Below, one piece after another: positions 1-7,855 of a DNA stretch of 44,709 nucleotides (the first letter of the stretch is position 1; each line of letters opens with the position of its first letter). Source of the DNA: a virus. The stretch lies in the UHGV virus genome UHGV-0231863; one strand, given 5' to 3'. The notes below the pieces were generated by a model that ran no database searches, was not told where the DNA came from, and saw only the letters and a list, made by a program, of their open reading frames with translations. The position numbers and the translations under genes were made by a program.

Positions 1-2
1 TA

Positions 3-116
3 CCCGTGCGCGGTGTTGTAGAGGCGGATGAGCTGGTTGCGACCCAACCGGACAACGAAGAAGCGCACAACAACGGCGGTGGCACTAAGCGTCGTCGCCG
101 TAAGTCTGAGGAATAG
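3..116 (+). CDS. partial CDS (3' end only), unknown product
   Basis: Frame open from the window edge to a stop near 114-116; basic C-terminal tail KRRRRKSEE; start lies outside the window. Confidence 0.3.
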   Translation, partial: PVRGVVEADELVATQPDNEEAHNNGGGTKRRRRKSEE

Positions 117-171
117 TAATATCTGGCGTAGTCGGTATAATGAATCCATCCTCCATTGAAAAGGGTGAATC

Positions 172-921
172 ATGAACTACGCCAAAATCTATGAACAGTT
201 AATATCGAACGCAAAAATCAATCCGTTTAGTGGATATACCGAAAAACATCACATAGTCCCGAAATGCATGGGTGGTGGAGATACTTTTGACAATATTGTA
301 TCTTTGAGCGCTAGACAGCATTTTATTGCGCATTGGCTTCTCTATAAGATACACGGGACTAAAGAACTAGCTTTCGCCTGGAGGGTTATGTGTATTAACC
401 CTAAAAACAATCAAAGGTCAAAAGTTACCTCACATTCCTTTAAGTTGGCGAAAGAGGCTTGGGCTATAGAGATGTCCATGTTGAATACTGGTGTTAAATT
501 TTCTGATAAACGTATAGAAAATCTCAGACAAGCACATCTAGGGCAAAAGGCGTGGAATAAAGGAATTGCTACCGGGGAAACTGCAAGTAGAAAAGCCAGA
601 ATAGAGCATTACATGGCAAACCCACAACGATGTGTAACATGCGACCAGCCGATCCCCTACCGTTTTAAATCACGAGCGCGTAAATATTGCTGCAAGAAAT
701 GCCAGTTCGCGGACCCAAATAGAATCGTTGGCAAGGTTAATAGAAAACCTAACTCCGGAAGTTTTAAGAAGGGCCATACGTTAAAGGGCGAGACTGTCAA
801 GAAAATTTCAGATAAACTTACTGGAATGAAACGCCCGCGCGGGGTATGCCCACATTGCGGAACCGAAGGGGCGCTATCTCTTCTAAAGAGGTGGCACTTT
901 GATAACTGTAAGAAGGGGTGA
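172..921 (+). CDS. HNH homing endonuclease with NUMOD-like DNA-binding repeats
   Basis: ATG at 172; HNH core EKHHIVPK...N...ARQHFIAH; C-terminal repeated SDKxxxxLxxxK modules and Cys pairs; visibly AT-rich compared with flanking structural genes. Confidence 0.85.
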   Translation: MNYAKIYEQLISNAKINPFSGYTEKHHIVPKCMGGGDTFDNIVSLSARQHFIAHWLLYKIHGTKELAFAWRVMCINPKNNQRSKVTSHSFKLAKEAWAIEMSMLNTGVKFSDKRIENLRQAHLGQKAWNKGIATGETASRKARIEHYMANPQRCVTCDQPIPYRFKSRARKYCCKKCQFADPNRIVGKVNRKPNSGSFKKGHTLKGETVKKISDKLTGMKRPRGVCPHCGTEGALSLLKRWHFDNCKKG

Positions 922-924
922 AAA

Positions 925-1437
925 GTGTCCTTAACCGTAGAAACAGGTCAAATTATAGAAGGGGCCGATTCGTACATCTCACTGGCTGACGCCCGCGCGT
1001 TAGCGGCTAATTACGGTCTTGAGTTACCTGCCGACGACACTGACGCCGAAGTAGCTCTGCGCAATGGTGCTACTTATGTTGGGCTTGCAGAACCTCAGAT
1101 GTGCGGGCGTCGCGTATCCGCTGAACAGTCTCTGGCGTATCCTCGCACTGGCGTTACGTTAAACGGGTTCCCCGTAGCTAACAACGTCATCCCGAAGCAG
1201 GTAATTCTTGCGCAGGTAATTGCTGCTGTTACCTATGGCGCGGGTACTGAGGTGCGGGCTAACTCAGACGGGCGTTCCGTGCAGACTGAGCGTGTTGAGG
1301 GTGCGGTGACAGTGACCTACTTCAACAACGGCAACAGCGGGGCTACAACTGCTATTACCGCTGCGGACGACGCTTTACGCCCGTTACTGTGTGGCGGTCT
1401 TAACAACGGCTTCTCATTTAATGTGTACCGGGGTTAA
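925..1437 (+). CDS. putative head-tail adaptor/connector protein
   Basis: Follows head genes; N-terminal ADSYISLADA motif reminiscent of gp6-like adaptors; translationally coupled to neighbours. Confidence 0.4.
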   Translation: MSLTVETGQIIEGADSYISLADARALAANYGLELPADDTDAEVALRNGATYVGLAEPQMCGRRVSAEQSLAYPRTGVTLNGFPVANNVIPKQVILAQVIAAVTYGAGTEVRANSDGRSVQTERVEGAVTVTYFNNGNSGATTAITAADDALRPLLCGGLNNGFSFNVYRG

Positions 1438-1439
1438 AA

Positions 1440-2054
1440 ATGGCGAAGACTAAAACAGAGATATTTACGCTAATCGGGTCCGAGCTACCTGACAGCACGA
1501 CCGGGAAAATTACACCAGCTAAATTGCGTGGCGTACTTACGCAGATGGCCGACTCGCCTATTTACACCACTCCTGGGGTGAAAGAGGTCGAAGTTCTCCG
1601 CGCTGCGTCGACCATAGCGCAAGCGCCGACCGCGGTAGATACAGCATTGCAATTAACTTTCGGCTCCGCTAAGGGAAGTGCATCTGACCCGGTAATGATT
1701 AATGCCGCAGGGCTTGTTACATTCAACACTGCGGGCAACTACACCGTTCGCATCAAGTTACAGGCGGGGCGTACTGGCGCTAGTGGGACATCAATCCTGC
1801 TATCACGTATTTTAGTAAACGGTGCTCAGTACGGCTCTCCCGCAGCAACTAAGCTGGTAAGCGCGGACGTGACCATCCCGATTGAATCCCGCGTCGTTAT
1901 TAACCCCGCAGCAGGCCAGACGTTTGCCGTTCAGATTATGCGGGATGGTGCCGGAAGCAACTTCGGCGGCGTGTACCCACAAGCCGCTACCGTAACAGCA
2001 TGGGGCACAGCACCGTCCGCGCTACTGGTTATTTCGAGACTGGAGGCCGCTTGA
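1440..2054 (+). CDS. hypothetical virion structural protein
   Basis: 204-aa ORF in the head-to-tail junction block, coupled to neighbours; no recognisable motif. Confidence 0.4.
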   Translation: MAKTKTEIFTLIGSELPDSTTGKITPAKLRGVLTQMADSPIYTTPGVKEVEVLRAASTIAQAPTAVDTALQLTFGSAKGSASDPVMINAAGLVTFNTAGNYTVRIKLQAGRTGASGTSILLSRILVNGAQYGSPAATKLVSADVTIPIESRVVINPAAGQTFAVQIMRDGAGSNFGGVYPQAATVTAWGTAPSALLVISRLEAA

Positions 2055-2148
2055 TGAATAAGTTCACATGTGGTGTAGTTTTTGGTTTTCTTACCGCGGT
2101 AGTCTTGCATAGTTACGGTGTTCTTTTGACGCTGCAAGAGGTGCTAAA

Positions 2149-2508
2149 ATGAGCACCGCTTTCAGTAAACGTATGCAAGGCGTGGGTACGCGCCTGCTAA
2201 CCAAATTCGGTAGCACGGTATCTCTGATTCGCGCTGGTTCAAAAGTATGGGATGAAGTTCTCGGTGAGTACGTCTGGTCTGCGGATGAAGTGTTGCCGTT
2301 GAAGGCCGTTCCGGTTCCGGTAAACGCGGGACTGGTAAACGGTACGACGATTCAGGCTGGCGACATGATTGTTAAAGCCGATTACAGCGTCGTTCCGAAG
2401 ATGGAAGACAAGGTGCAATTCGGCGGCGAGCAATGGTCCATCGTAGCTATTGAGAAGAAGATGGTTAACGATGACGTCGTGGCGTACTTTATTCAGGTGA
2501 GAAAATGA
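2149..2508 (+). CDS. putative head closure / neck protein
   Basis: 119-aa ORF with 4-nt overlap onto next gene; position in neck module. Confidence 0.35.
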   Translation: MSTAFSKRMQGVGTRLLTKFGSTVSLIRAGSKVWDEVLGEYVWSADEVLPLKAVPVPVNAGLVNGTTIQAGDMIVKADYSVVPKMEDKVQFGGEQWSIVAIEKKMVNDDVVAYFIQVRK

Positions 2509-2900
2509 GTTTCGCGCTCGATGTCTCTAAGTTCGTGGAAAAGGCGAAGAAGAACCCTGAGAAGGTGATGCGTCAGGTGTCTATCAAGCTGTTTTCCGCT
2601 ATTATAAAGGCGAGTCCGGTAGACACGGGCCGCTTTCGTATGAACTGGATGGCATCTGGCGGTACTCCTGCTTCCGGGATTACGGACGCTACGGATAAAT
2701 CAGGAAACACAGCAACCGGAAACGCTACGAGTTTCGTGCTGAAAGCCGCTGACTGGCATGAGTTCACGCTGACAAATAATCTGCCGTATGCGCAACGGCT
2801 GGAGTATGGTTGGTCGCAACAGGCGCCAGCCGGGGTTGTCAGGACTAATGTGTCTCGCTTCCAGCAACTCATTAACGAAGAAGCCAACAAGGTGAAATGA
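2505..2900 (+). CDS. HK97 gp10-like head-tail joining protein
   Basis: LPYAQRLEYGW motif typical of HK97 gp10 family; overlapping stop/start with neighbours. Confidence 0.5.
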   Translation: MSFALDVSKFVEKAKKNPEKVMRQVSIKLFSAIIKASPVDTGRFRMNWMASGGTPASGITDATDKSGNTATGNATSFVLKAADWHEFTLTNNLPYAQRLEYGWSQQAPAGVVRTNVSRFQQLINEEANKVK

Positions 2901-3313
2901 TGGGCTACTTTGAGGACTTAACAAAAGCGTTCGATGTTCCGCTGGTAGCCTTCGGAACCGCCAACGGCATCAAGGTCGCGCTTGAAAACATCGACGCGCC
3001 GACGTCAACCGATACGCCATATCTGGCAAGTTACATGTTACTGGCGGATACCGAGCAAGCAGATTTGTTCTTCACGGAACAACGCGCGGGTGTTTATCAG
3101 GTCGACATTAACTACGCATCGGTGAAAGGTAGCGCGCCAATCAATAAAATGGCAGACTTACTTAACACGGCATTCAAAGCAGGTAAGTCATTTTCTCGTA
3201 ACGACATCTGCGCCGAGGTTCAATCGGTTAGCCTGGGGCCGCTGATTGTAGAAAACGGATGGGCCAAACGACCATTGTCAATTAACTTTATTGCATTCAC
3301 CAAGAGGCTGTGA
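2897..3313 (+). CDS. putative tail terminator / tail completion protein
   Basis: 138-aa ORF immediately upstream of the major tail protein candidate. Confidence 0.35.
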   Translation: MMGYFEDLTKAFDVPLVAFGTANGIKVALENIDAPTSTDTPYLASYMLLADTEQADLFFTEQRAGVYQVDINYASVKGSAPINKMADLLNTAFKAGKSFSRNDICAEVQSVSLGPLIVENGWAKRPLSINFIAFTKRL

Positions 3314-4482
3314 ATATGGCTACAACTCCTTTTAAGGGCGCGAATACTGCGCAATTCTATGTGGCAGAAACTACCCCTGGCGTAACACCGACTAACCCGG
3401 TCTGGTCGCCATTGCGTAACACAGGTGGCGTTCCTGCCATTACCCGCGACACGCTGACCTCCAACGAACTGGACGGCAGCCGTGAAACTACGTCAATCCG
3501 CACCGGTAACAAGCAGGTTAGCGGAGAATACGCTATTGAGCTTAGCTCGAAAAGCCAGGACGACTGGCTGGCGGGTGCTTTAGGCTCTACATGGCAATCC
3601 GGTAGTTCTCTGACCGGGCTATCAATTACCGTCACGCCTGCAGGCAAGACCTTTACCCGTGCCGAAGGTAGCTTTATTTCTGACGGCGTTGAAGTGGGCG
3701 ACCTGATTGCGTTTACCGACTTAACCGGTGACAACGCAAAACCGTTTATCGTAACTGCAGTAGAGGCGCTGGTAGTGACCGGGGCGGGTATCCAGCATAC
3801 CCTGACCACAGAGACAGTAACTACCGCCGCTAAGACAGGGGATAAACTGGAAACGGGAAGCCGGTGCAAGACGTTCTCTATTCTCACCTGGTACAAAGGC
3901 CAGTGCGGCGGGACTGACGCGTACACACTAACCAAAGGCGTGGAAGTTTCTGGTTTTACCATCGAACAGGCTGTTAACGCTATGGTAACTGGCAGCTTCC
4001 CGTTCATCGGTCGCAGTCAGGAGATTCTCACCACGCGGCCGTCTGGTTCTGATTTCTCCTCTGTTACGTTTGGTGACGAGCCATTCTCCTCGGTCGATGT
4101 TTCTGTGTTCGACGGTTCTACGCCGTTGCGTTGCGACAGCCTGACCATCACCAACGACAACAGCGCGTCCGCACAGTTCGAACTCGGCAACACTAACGTA
4201 GCGTTTGTGGAGCGTAGCCGAGCAGCTAACACCTTCTCCATCTCCGGTAAGCTGTACGACATGGCGATGATTCAGAAGTTTATCAACGAGCAGCAGGTGG
4301 AGATTAACTCTATTCTGGCTGGGGTAAACGGGGCTATGTCTTTCAGTTTGAAACGTGCAGAACTTACGGCGGTTACACCTGAGATTGGAGGACCTGAGTC
4401 AATCACTCAGTCTATTGAAGGTCAGGCTACTGGCAACCAGTACCAGTCGTCTATTGTTATTCAGCGTATCACATACGCATAA
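3310..4482 (+). CDS. major tail protein (putative)
   Basis: 390-aa Thr/Ser/Gly-rich beta-type protein, last gene of neck block, followed by a strong terminator. Confidence 0.5.
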   Translation: MNMATTPFKGANTAQFYVAETTPGVTPTNPVWSPLRNTGGVPAITRDTLTSNELDGSRETTSIRTGNKQVSGEYAIELSSKSQDDWLAGALGSTWQSGSSLTGLSITVTPAGKTFTRAEGSFISDGVEVGDLIAFTDLTGDNAKPFIVTAVEALVVTGAGIQHTLTTETVTTAAKTGDKLETGSRCKTFSILTWYKGQCGGTDAYTLTKGVEVSGFTIEQAVNAMVTGSFPFIGRSQEILTTRPSGSDFSSVTFGDEPFSSVDVSVFDGSTPLRCDSLTITNDNSASAQFELGNTNVAFVERSRAANTFSISGKLYDMAMIQKFINEQQVEINSILAGVNGAMSFSLKRAELTAVTPEIGGPESITQSIEGQATGNQYQSSIVIQRITYA

Positions 4483-4486
4483 AACT

Positions 4487-4510
4487 AAGGCCCCGTTTGG
4501 GGCCTTTTTC
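4487..4510. terminator. bidirectional intrinsic terminator
   Basis: AAGGCCCC-gttt-GGGGCCTT hairpin flanked by A-run and T-run at a strand switch. Confidence 0.7.
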
Positions 4511-5065
4511 TTACAAACCTAATCTTAAAGCAATGCCTATAGCGTTCGATTTAACGTAACCCGGTATGATGTAGGTGTCATAATCTTTTACACCATCAAT
4601 ATCGTACAGGTAACCGCGGCTGTCCCCTTCAAACGTATGGCCGTCTCTGTGCAAGCGGACGATTCTCACATCATGCCCCGCGGCAACGATAGGGGCTACT
4701 TCGCTGGCGAACCCGCCATCAGACACCACAAAAACTTCGTCGCCGTCGGGCAAGTTTCCGGCAAGATACTTACCGAAATAATCATTACCGAATACCGGTT
4801 TAATGAATTGCTCGGAAATGGCAATCATGAACTGACGCCGAGACAACCCGTTAAGGAAACCCTCTGGCTTTTCTTTCCGCGCCCGGTCGTCGTAGCCGTC
4901 GAGAAACTCGCGGTAAGCATCCTGGCCTAACGCAGCCATAGCAATATTGAACATCGGATTCTTGAAACTGGCGACACCCTTCGCAAAGCCCATTTCTACC
5001 AGCGCCCTAGCAAGTGTGTCTTTCCCGCAGCCCGCAGGACCATTAAGAATAATTACCTTAGCCAT
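4511..5065 (-). CDS. dNMP kinase-like P-loop kinase
   Basis: Walker A GPAGCGKDT at N-terminus; later VSDGGF...HDVRIVRLHRDG block resembles T4 gp1-type deoxynucleoside monophosphate kinases. Confidence 0.55.
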   Translation of the reverse strand: MAKVIILNGPAGCGKDTLARALVEMGFAKGVASFKNPMFNIAMAALGQDAYREFLDGYDDRARKEKPEGFLNGLSRRQFMIAISEQFIKPVFGNDYFGKYLAGNLPDGDEVFVVSDGGFASEVAPIVAAGHDVRIVRLHRDGHTFEGDSRGYLYDIDGVKDYDTYIIPGYVKSNAIGIALRLGL

Positions 5066-5550
5066 TATTTATCACTCCCATGTGGTTTTAAGTGTGTAGA
5101 GTTCCCGTTACAGTCGTATTCAGTAACTGCGTGAGTGGTTATGCCGAGTTCGCGGAAATGCTTTATTACCGCTGGAGAGTCGTCGAATGCACACAAGATT
5201 CTCTCCGGCCCAATAGCACGCAACACCTCTTCTTTAATTACGATGTCTTTTCTGTTGTCGTGTTTGCTGCGCATGATTAACTGATAAAATTCTACGCGGT
5301 GGCGCTGCAACCACATTCTGGTTTCTTTTTCCGCGTCATCACTACGGCCTGTTAAGATAATAACGGCATAGCGACGATTAAGGGCGTTACACAGTTCGAT
5401 GTTATCTTTAATGGGTGCATCGTCTTTGCACGCCATGTTAAATGGTTTCCACGCCCAGGTTTCGCCGTAGTTATCTTTCGGCAGCAGGTGTAAACGATGA
5501 GTACCATCTGCCAATGTCCCGTCTAAATCGAAAATCACAATATCTTTCAT
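5065..5550 (-). CDS. HAD-superfamily phosphatase (nucleotidase / polynucleotide 3'-phosphatase-like)
   Basis: HAD motif I FDLDGTL at residues 7-13; start overlaps stop of the kinase gene. Confidence 0.6.
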   Translation of the reverse strand: MKDIVIFDLDGTLADGTHRLHLLPKDNYGETWAWKPFNMACKDDAPIKDNIELCNALNRRYAVIILTGRSDDAEKETRMWLQRHRVEFYQLIMRSKHDNRKDIVIKEEVLRAIGPERILCAFDDSPAVIKHFRELGITTHAVTEYDCNGNSTHLKPHGSDK

Positions 5551-6677
5551 CCAAGCATCTCCGGTGAAATAGTTAAACGTGCGACCTCGCCATATTCGGC
5601 GCTATAAGTAATTACGTTTGCACTGCGGCCCGACATCCACCCACCGCGGGAGGCATATGCATCTTTAGCCGCGAGAGTGCGGTGTTGCTCAACAATCATG
5701 TTACGGCTTTCTACAATCTTTTGGTGGTGCAGGTGACCCACGTGGGCGTAGCTGTAAACACTCTCGCCGAACGCTTTGCGGAACTTGGCGATCATAACCG
5801 GTTCGATAGCGTCGAATCGTGCTTTATGCCCATGATGGAAGAACAGCGTCGTTTTGCCGTGTTGCACCATCTTGTAAACATCCGGCGACGTATCGACGAA
5901 CACACGCGGCTCATTGTCGTACAGCGTACTAAACATCTCAGCTAACCAAATCATTCCGCTTTCGTCGTGGTTACCTTGCACGATAAGCAAGCGAACATTT
6001 TTATGTTTAACGAGAGCCATATCAATGACACGGCGGACCATACGAATCATGTAGCGTACAAGTTTCTGATAGCGGGTGTCAGCGTCAAGAACATGACCAC
6101 TGGCAGGTGTAACGGCGTCCAGACTATCGAAATGCGCAAGGTCGCCCAGCAGATTAATAACTCCTGTTCCGGCATCCGGTGCTTTCTGGAACGCTGCGTC
6201 GAACCAGCAGGAGAACAGGTCTTCCGCAATCTTCATGTCCCAGTCGTCGCCGCTCTCGTCAGCCCAGGCCAGCATACCGAGATGGAAATCAGACACAGTG
6301 TAAAGGTTGAGTAGCTTGTCGTCTCGTTTGGCGCGAACGGCTTTAACAGGTGCAACTGGTGTAATCTCCGACTTCATGCCTTCGATTACGGCTTTCATCA
6401 ATTCAACCTGACGTTCGGCATCGGTGTCGGTCTTAACCCATTGCAACTTGGTGTTGCCAAACTCATCCACCAGTGATGACGTTCCTTTAATCTTGTAGCC
6501 GTCCGGTACAAGGTAACTAACGTCACGCCCGTGGCCTACACCTTTCTTAGCCAGCTTCGCTTTACGGATACGAATAACGCGGTCGGAGATGCCGTATTTA
6601 CGGGCGATGTCGATATTCTTCATACCGGCGTTCAATTCTTCCTGTAACTGTTCGTCGGTTATTTTCTTCCTGGCCAT
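5547..6677 (-). CDS. calcineurin-like metallophosphoesterase with N-terminal HTH
   Basis: N-terminal HTH (IARKYGISDRVIRIRK) then phosphoesterase motifs DFHLG, GDLAHFD, GNHD, HHGH, GHLHH. Confidence 0.65.
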   Translation of the reverse strand: MARKKITDEQLQEELNAGMKNIDIARKYGISDRVIRIRKAKLAKKGVGHGRDVSYLVPDGYKIKGTSSLVDEFGNTKLQWVKTDTDAERQVELMKAVIEGMKSEITPVAPVKAVRAKRDDKLLNLYTVSDFHLGMLAWADESGDDWDMKIAEDLFSCWFDAAFQKAPDAGTGVINLLGDLAHFDSLDAVTPASGHVLDADTRYQKLVRYMIRMVRRVIDMALVKHKNVRLLIVQGNHDESGMIWLAEMFSTLYDNEPRVFVDTSPDVYKMVQHGKTTLFFHHGHKARFDAIEPVMIAKFRKAFGESVYSYAHVGHLHHQKIVESRNMIVEQHRTLAAKDAYASRGGWMSGRSANVITYSAEYGEVARLTISPEMLG

Positions 6678-6714
6678 GCTTATTCCTCGTGTTTAGGATT
6701 TGTCCTATACTAGC

Positions 6715-6921
6715 TCACTTCTCTTTGACATTCGAGTTGCACGCCCAGATTAAGATAAATACCCACGGCAGCAGAACCCAACCAAGAAACAGATTAGCCA
6801 TGAATATCGCTAACTTCGCTTTATGGTTACGGAAGTACGCAACCAGGAAAGGCGCGAAATAAGCGAGCAGTGCAAACAGAATTAAGGAAACTGGTAAACT
6901 GGACATTTTAAACCCCTTCAT
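6715..6921 (-). CDS. superinfection-immunity-like small membrane protein (Imm family)
   Basis: 68 aa, two predicted TM helices, NLFLGWVLLPWVFILIWA motif; own promoter upstream. Confidence 0.5.
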   Translation of the reverse strand: MKGFKMSSLPVSLILFALLAYFAPFLVAYFRNHKAKLAIFMANLFLGWVLLPWVFILIWACNSNVKEK

Positions 6922-6936
6922 TGTTGGTGTAAGTGA

Positions 6937-6965
6937 ATAGTACCCTATTATATTGGGGTGTGCAA
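6937..6965 (-). promoter_or_regulatory. promoter TTGCAC-17-TACTAT with AATAG-N4-CTATT operator (6936-6949)
   Basis: Minus strand CTTGCACACcccaatataatagggTACTATTCAC upstream of Imm-like gene; near-identical to cassettes at 28984 and 30284. Confidence 0.55.
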
Positions 6966-7073
6966 GTAATGTGATAGAATAAGTTTGCGCCTAGTGTCGC
7001 ACACGAAAAGCGGGTGGTTCCCGTCTGGCGCATTTATCGTTAACCTGTAACCTCTTAACCAAAGGATTAAAGA

Positions 7074-7490
7074 ATGAAACTTTCTGATTTTTATTTCGAA
7101 GAGAAAGCACTGGTAGGCAAGAAGATGCCCATTCTGCTGCCAAACGGCGAAGACTCCGGTGAATGGCTTAACGTTGTAAGTCCCGATGCGGATGTCGCCG
7201 TTAAAGCGGGGCGTGCTTTCATTATTGCGTACCGTCGCGGGTTGGCGCGTTTCGAAGAACTGGAAAAAGCCGCCAAAGAATCCGGCGACTATACTGAATA
7301 TAACCTGGCTATTAACGAACTGGCGGAAGACCTCAACCGGCAACTCGCGGCAGAAGTCGCAAACGGCTGGAGCTTTGATGAGCCTTTCTCTAAAGAAGCA
7401 TTTAACAAATTGCTGGACCAGTTCAAGGCATTAGGCACACAGGTAGCAGCGTTCCATAACGCTGAGCGCAAAGCATTACAGGAAAAGTAG
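7074..7490 (+). CDS. tail assembly chaperone (G-like)
   Basis: 138-aa acidic protein immediately upstream of the tape measure gene; downstream ORF is in the -1 frame. Confidence 0.5.
   Translation: MKLSDFYFEEKALVGKKMPILLPNGEDSGEWLNVVSPDADVAVKAGRAFIIAYRRGLARFEELEKAAKESGDYTEYNLAINELAEDLNRQLAAEVANGWSFDEPFSKEAFNKLLDQFKALGTQVAAFHNAERKALQEK
7481..7487 (+). other. candidate -1 programmed ribosomal frameshift site (GGAAAAG)
   Basis: Heptamer ending in AAAAG just before the stop of the upstream chaperone ORF; -1 frame is open from here to 7855. Confidence 0.35.
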
Positions 7491-7522
7491 ACGCGCTGTA
7501 CAGGTTCGCCACCTATGAGTTT

Positions 7523-7855
7523 GTGGATAAGCATAAAATCAGAGAGTTTGATTCTATAGCCGACGGACACGAACAGGCGCTTATCGCGATGGGTGTAATC
7601 GATAAGAAAAAACGTGCAGCGCGACGGGGTGGGCCAGAATGCCCGCCCCTTTTTATATCCACCTTCGAGACGTACTGCGACATTAAGTTTACGCGACACG
7701 TGCGCGAGGACGCTGTAGTATTGTTCGCAAGAGAATCCGTTACGTGGCAAGACCTGAAAGCCTATCTCGATGTTACGCAAAAACAGCTTAGCCTGTTCGA
7801 GATAGACATTATCATGGGCTTAGAAGCAATCTTTGAAGGTAGAAATCATGGCTGA
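7523..7855 (+). CDS. tail assembly chaperone extension (GT-like, -1 frame)
   Basis: ORF in the -1 frame relative to 7074..7490, open from ~7466; ends overlapping the tape measure start. Confidence 0.4.
   Translation: MDKHKIREFDSIADGHEQALIAMGVIDKKKRAARRGGPECPPLFISTFETYCDIKFTRHVREDAVVLFARESVTWQDLKAYLDVTQKQLSLFEIDIIMGLEAIFEGRNHG

Noticed and set aside
3357-4007. 216-aa minus-strand ORF
   Set aside because: Antisense to the major tail protein candidate; Val/Ser/Pro-rich, no SD and no motifs.
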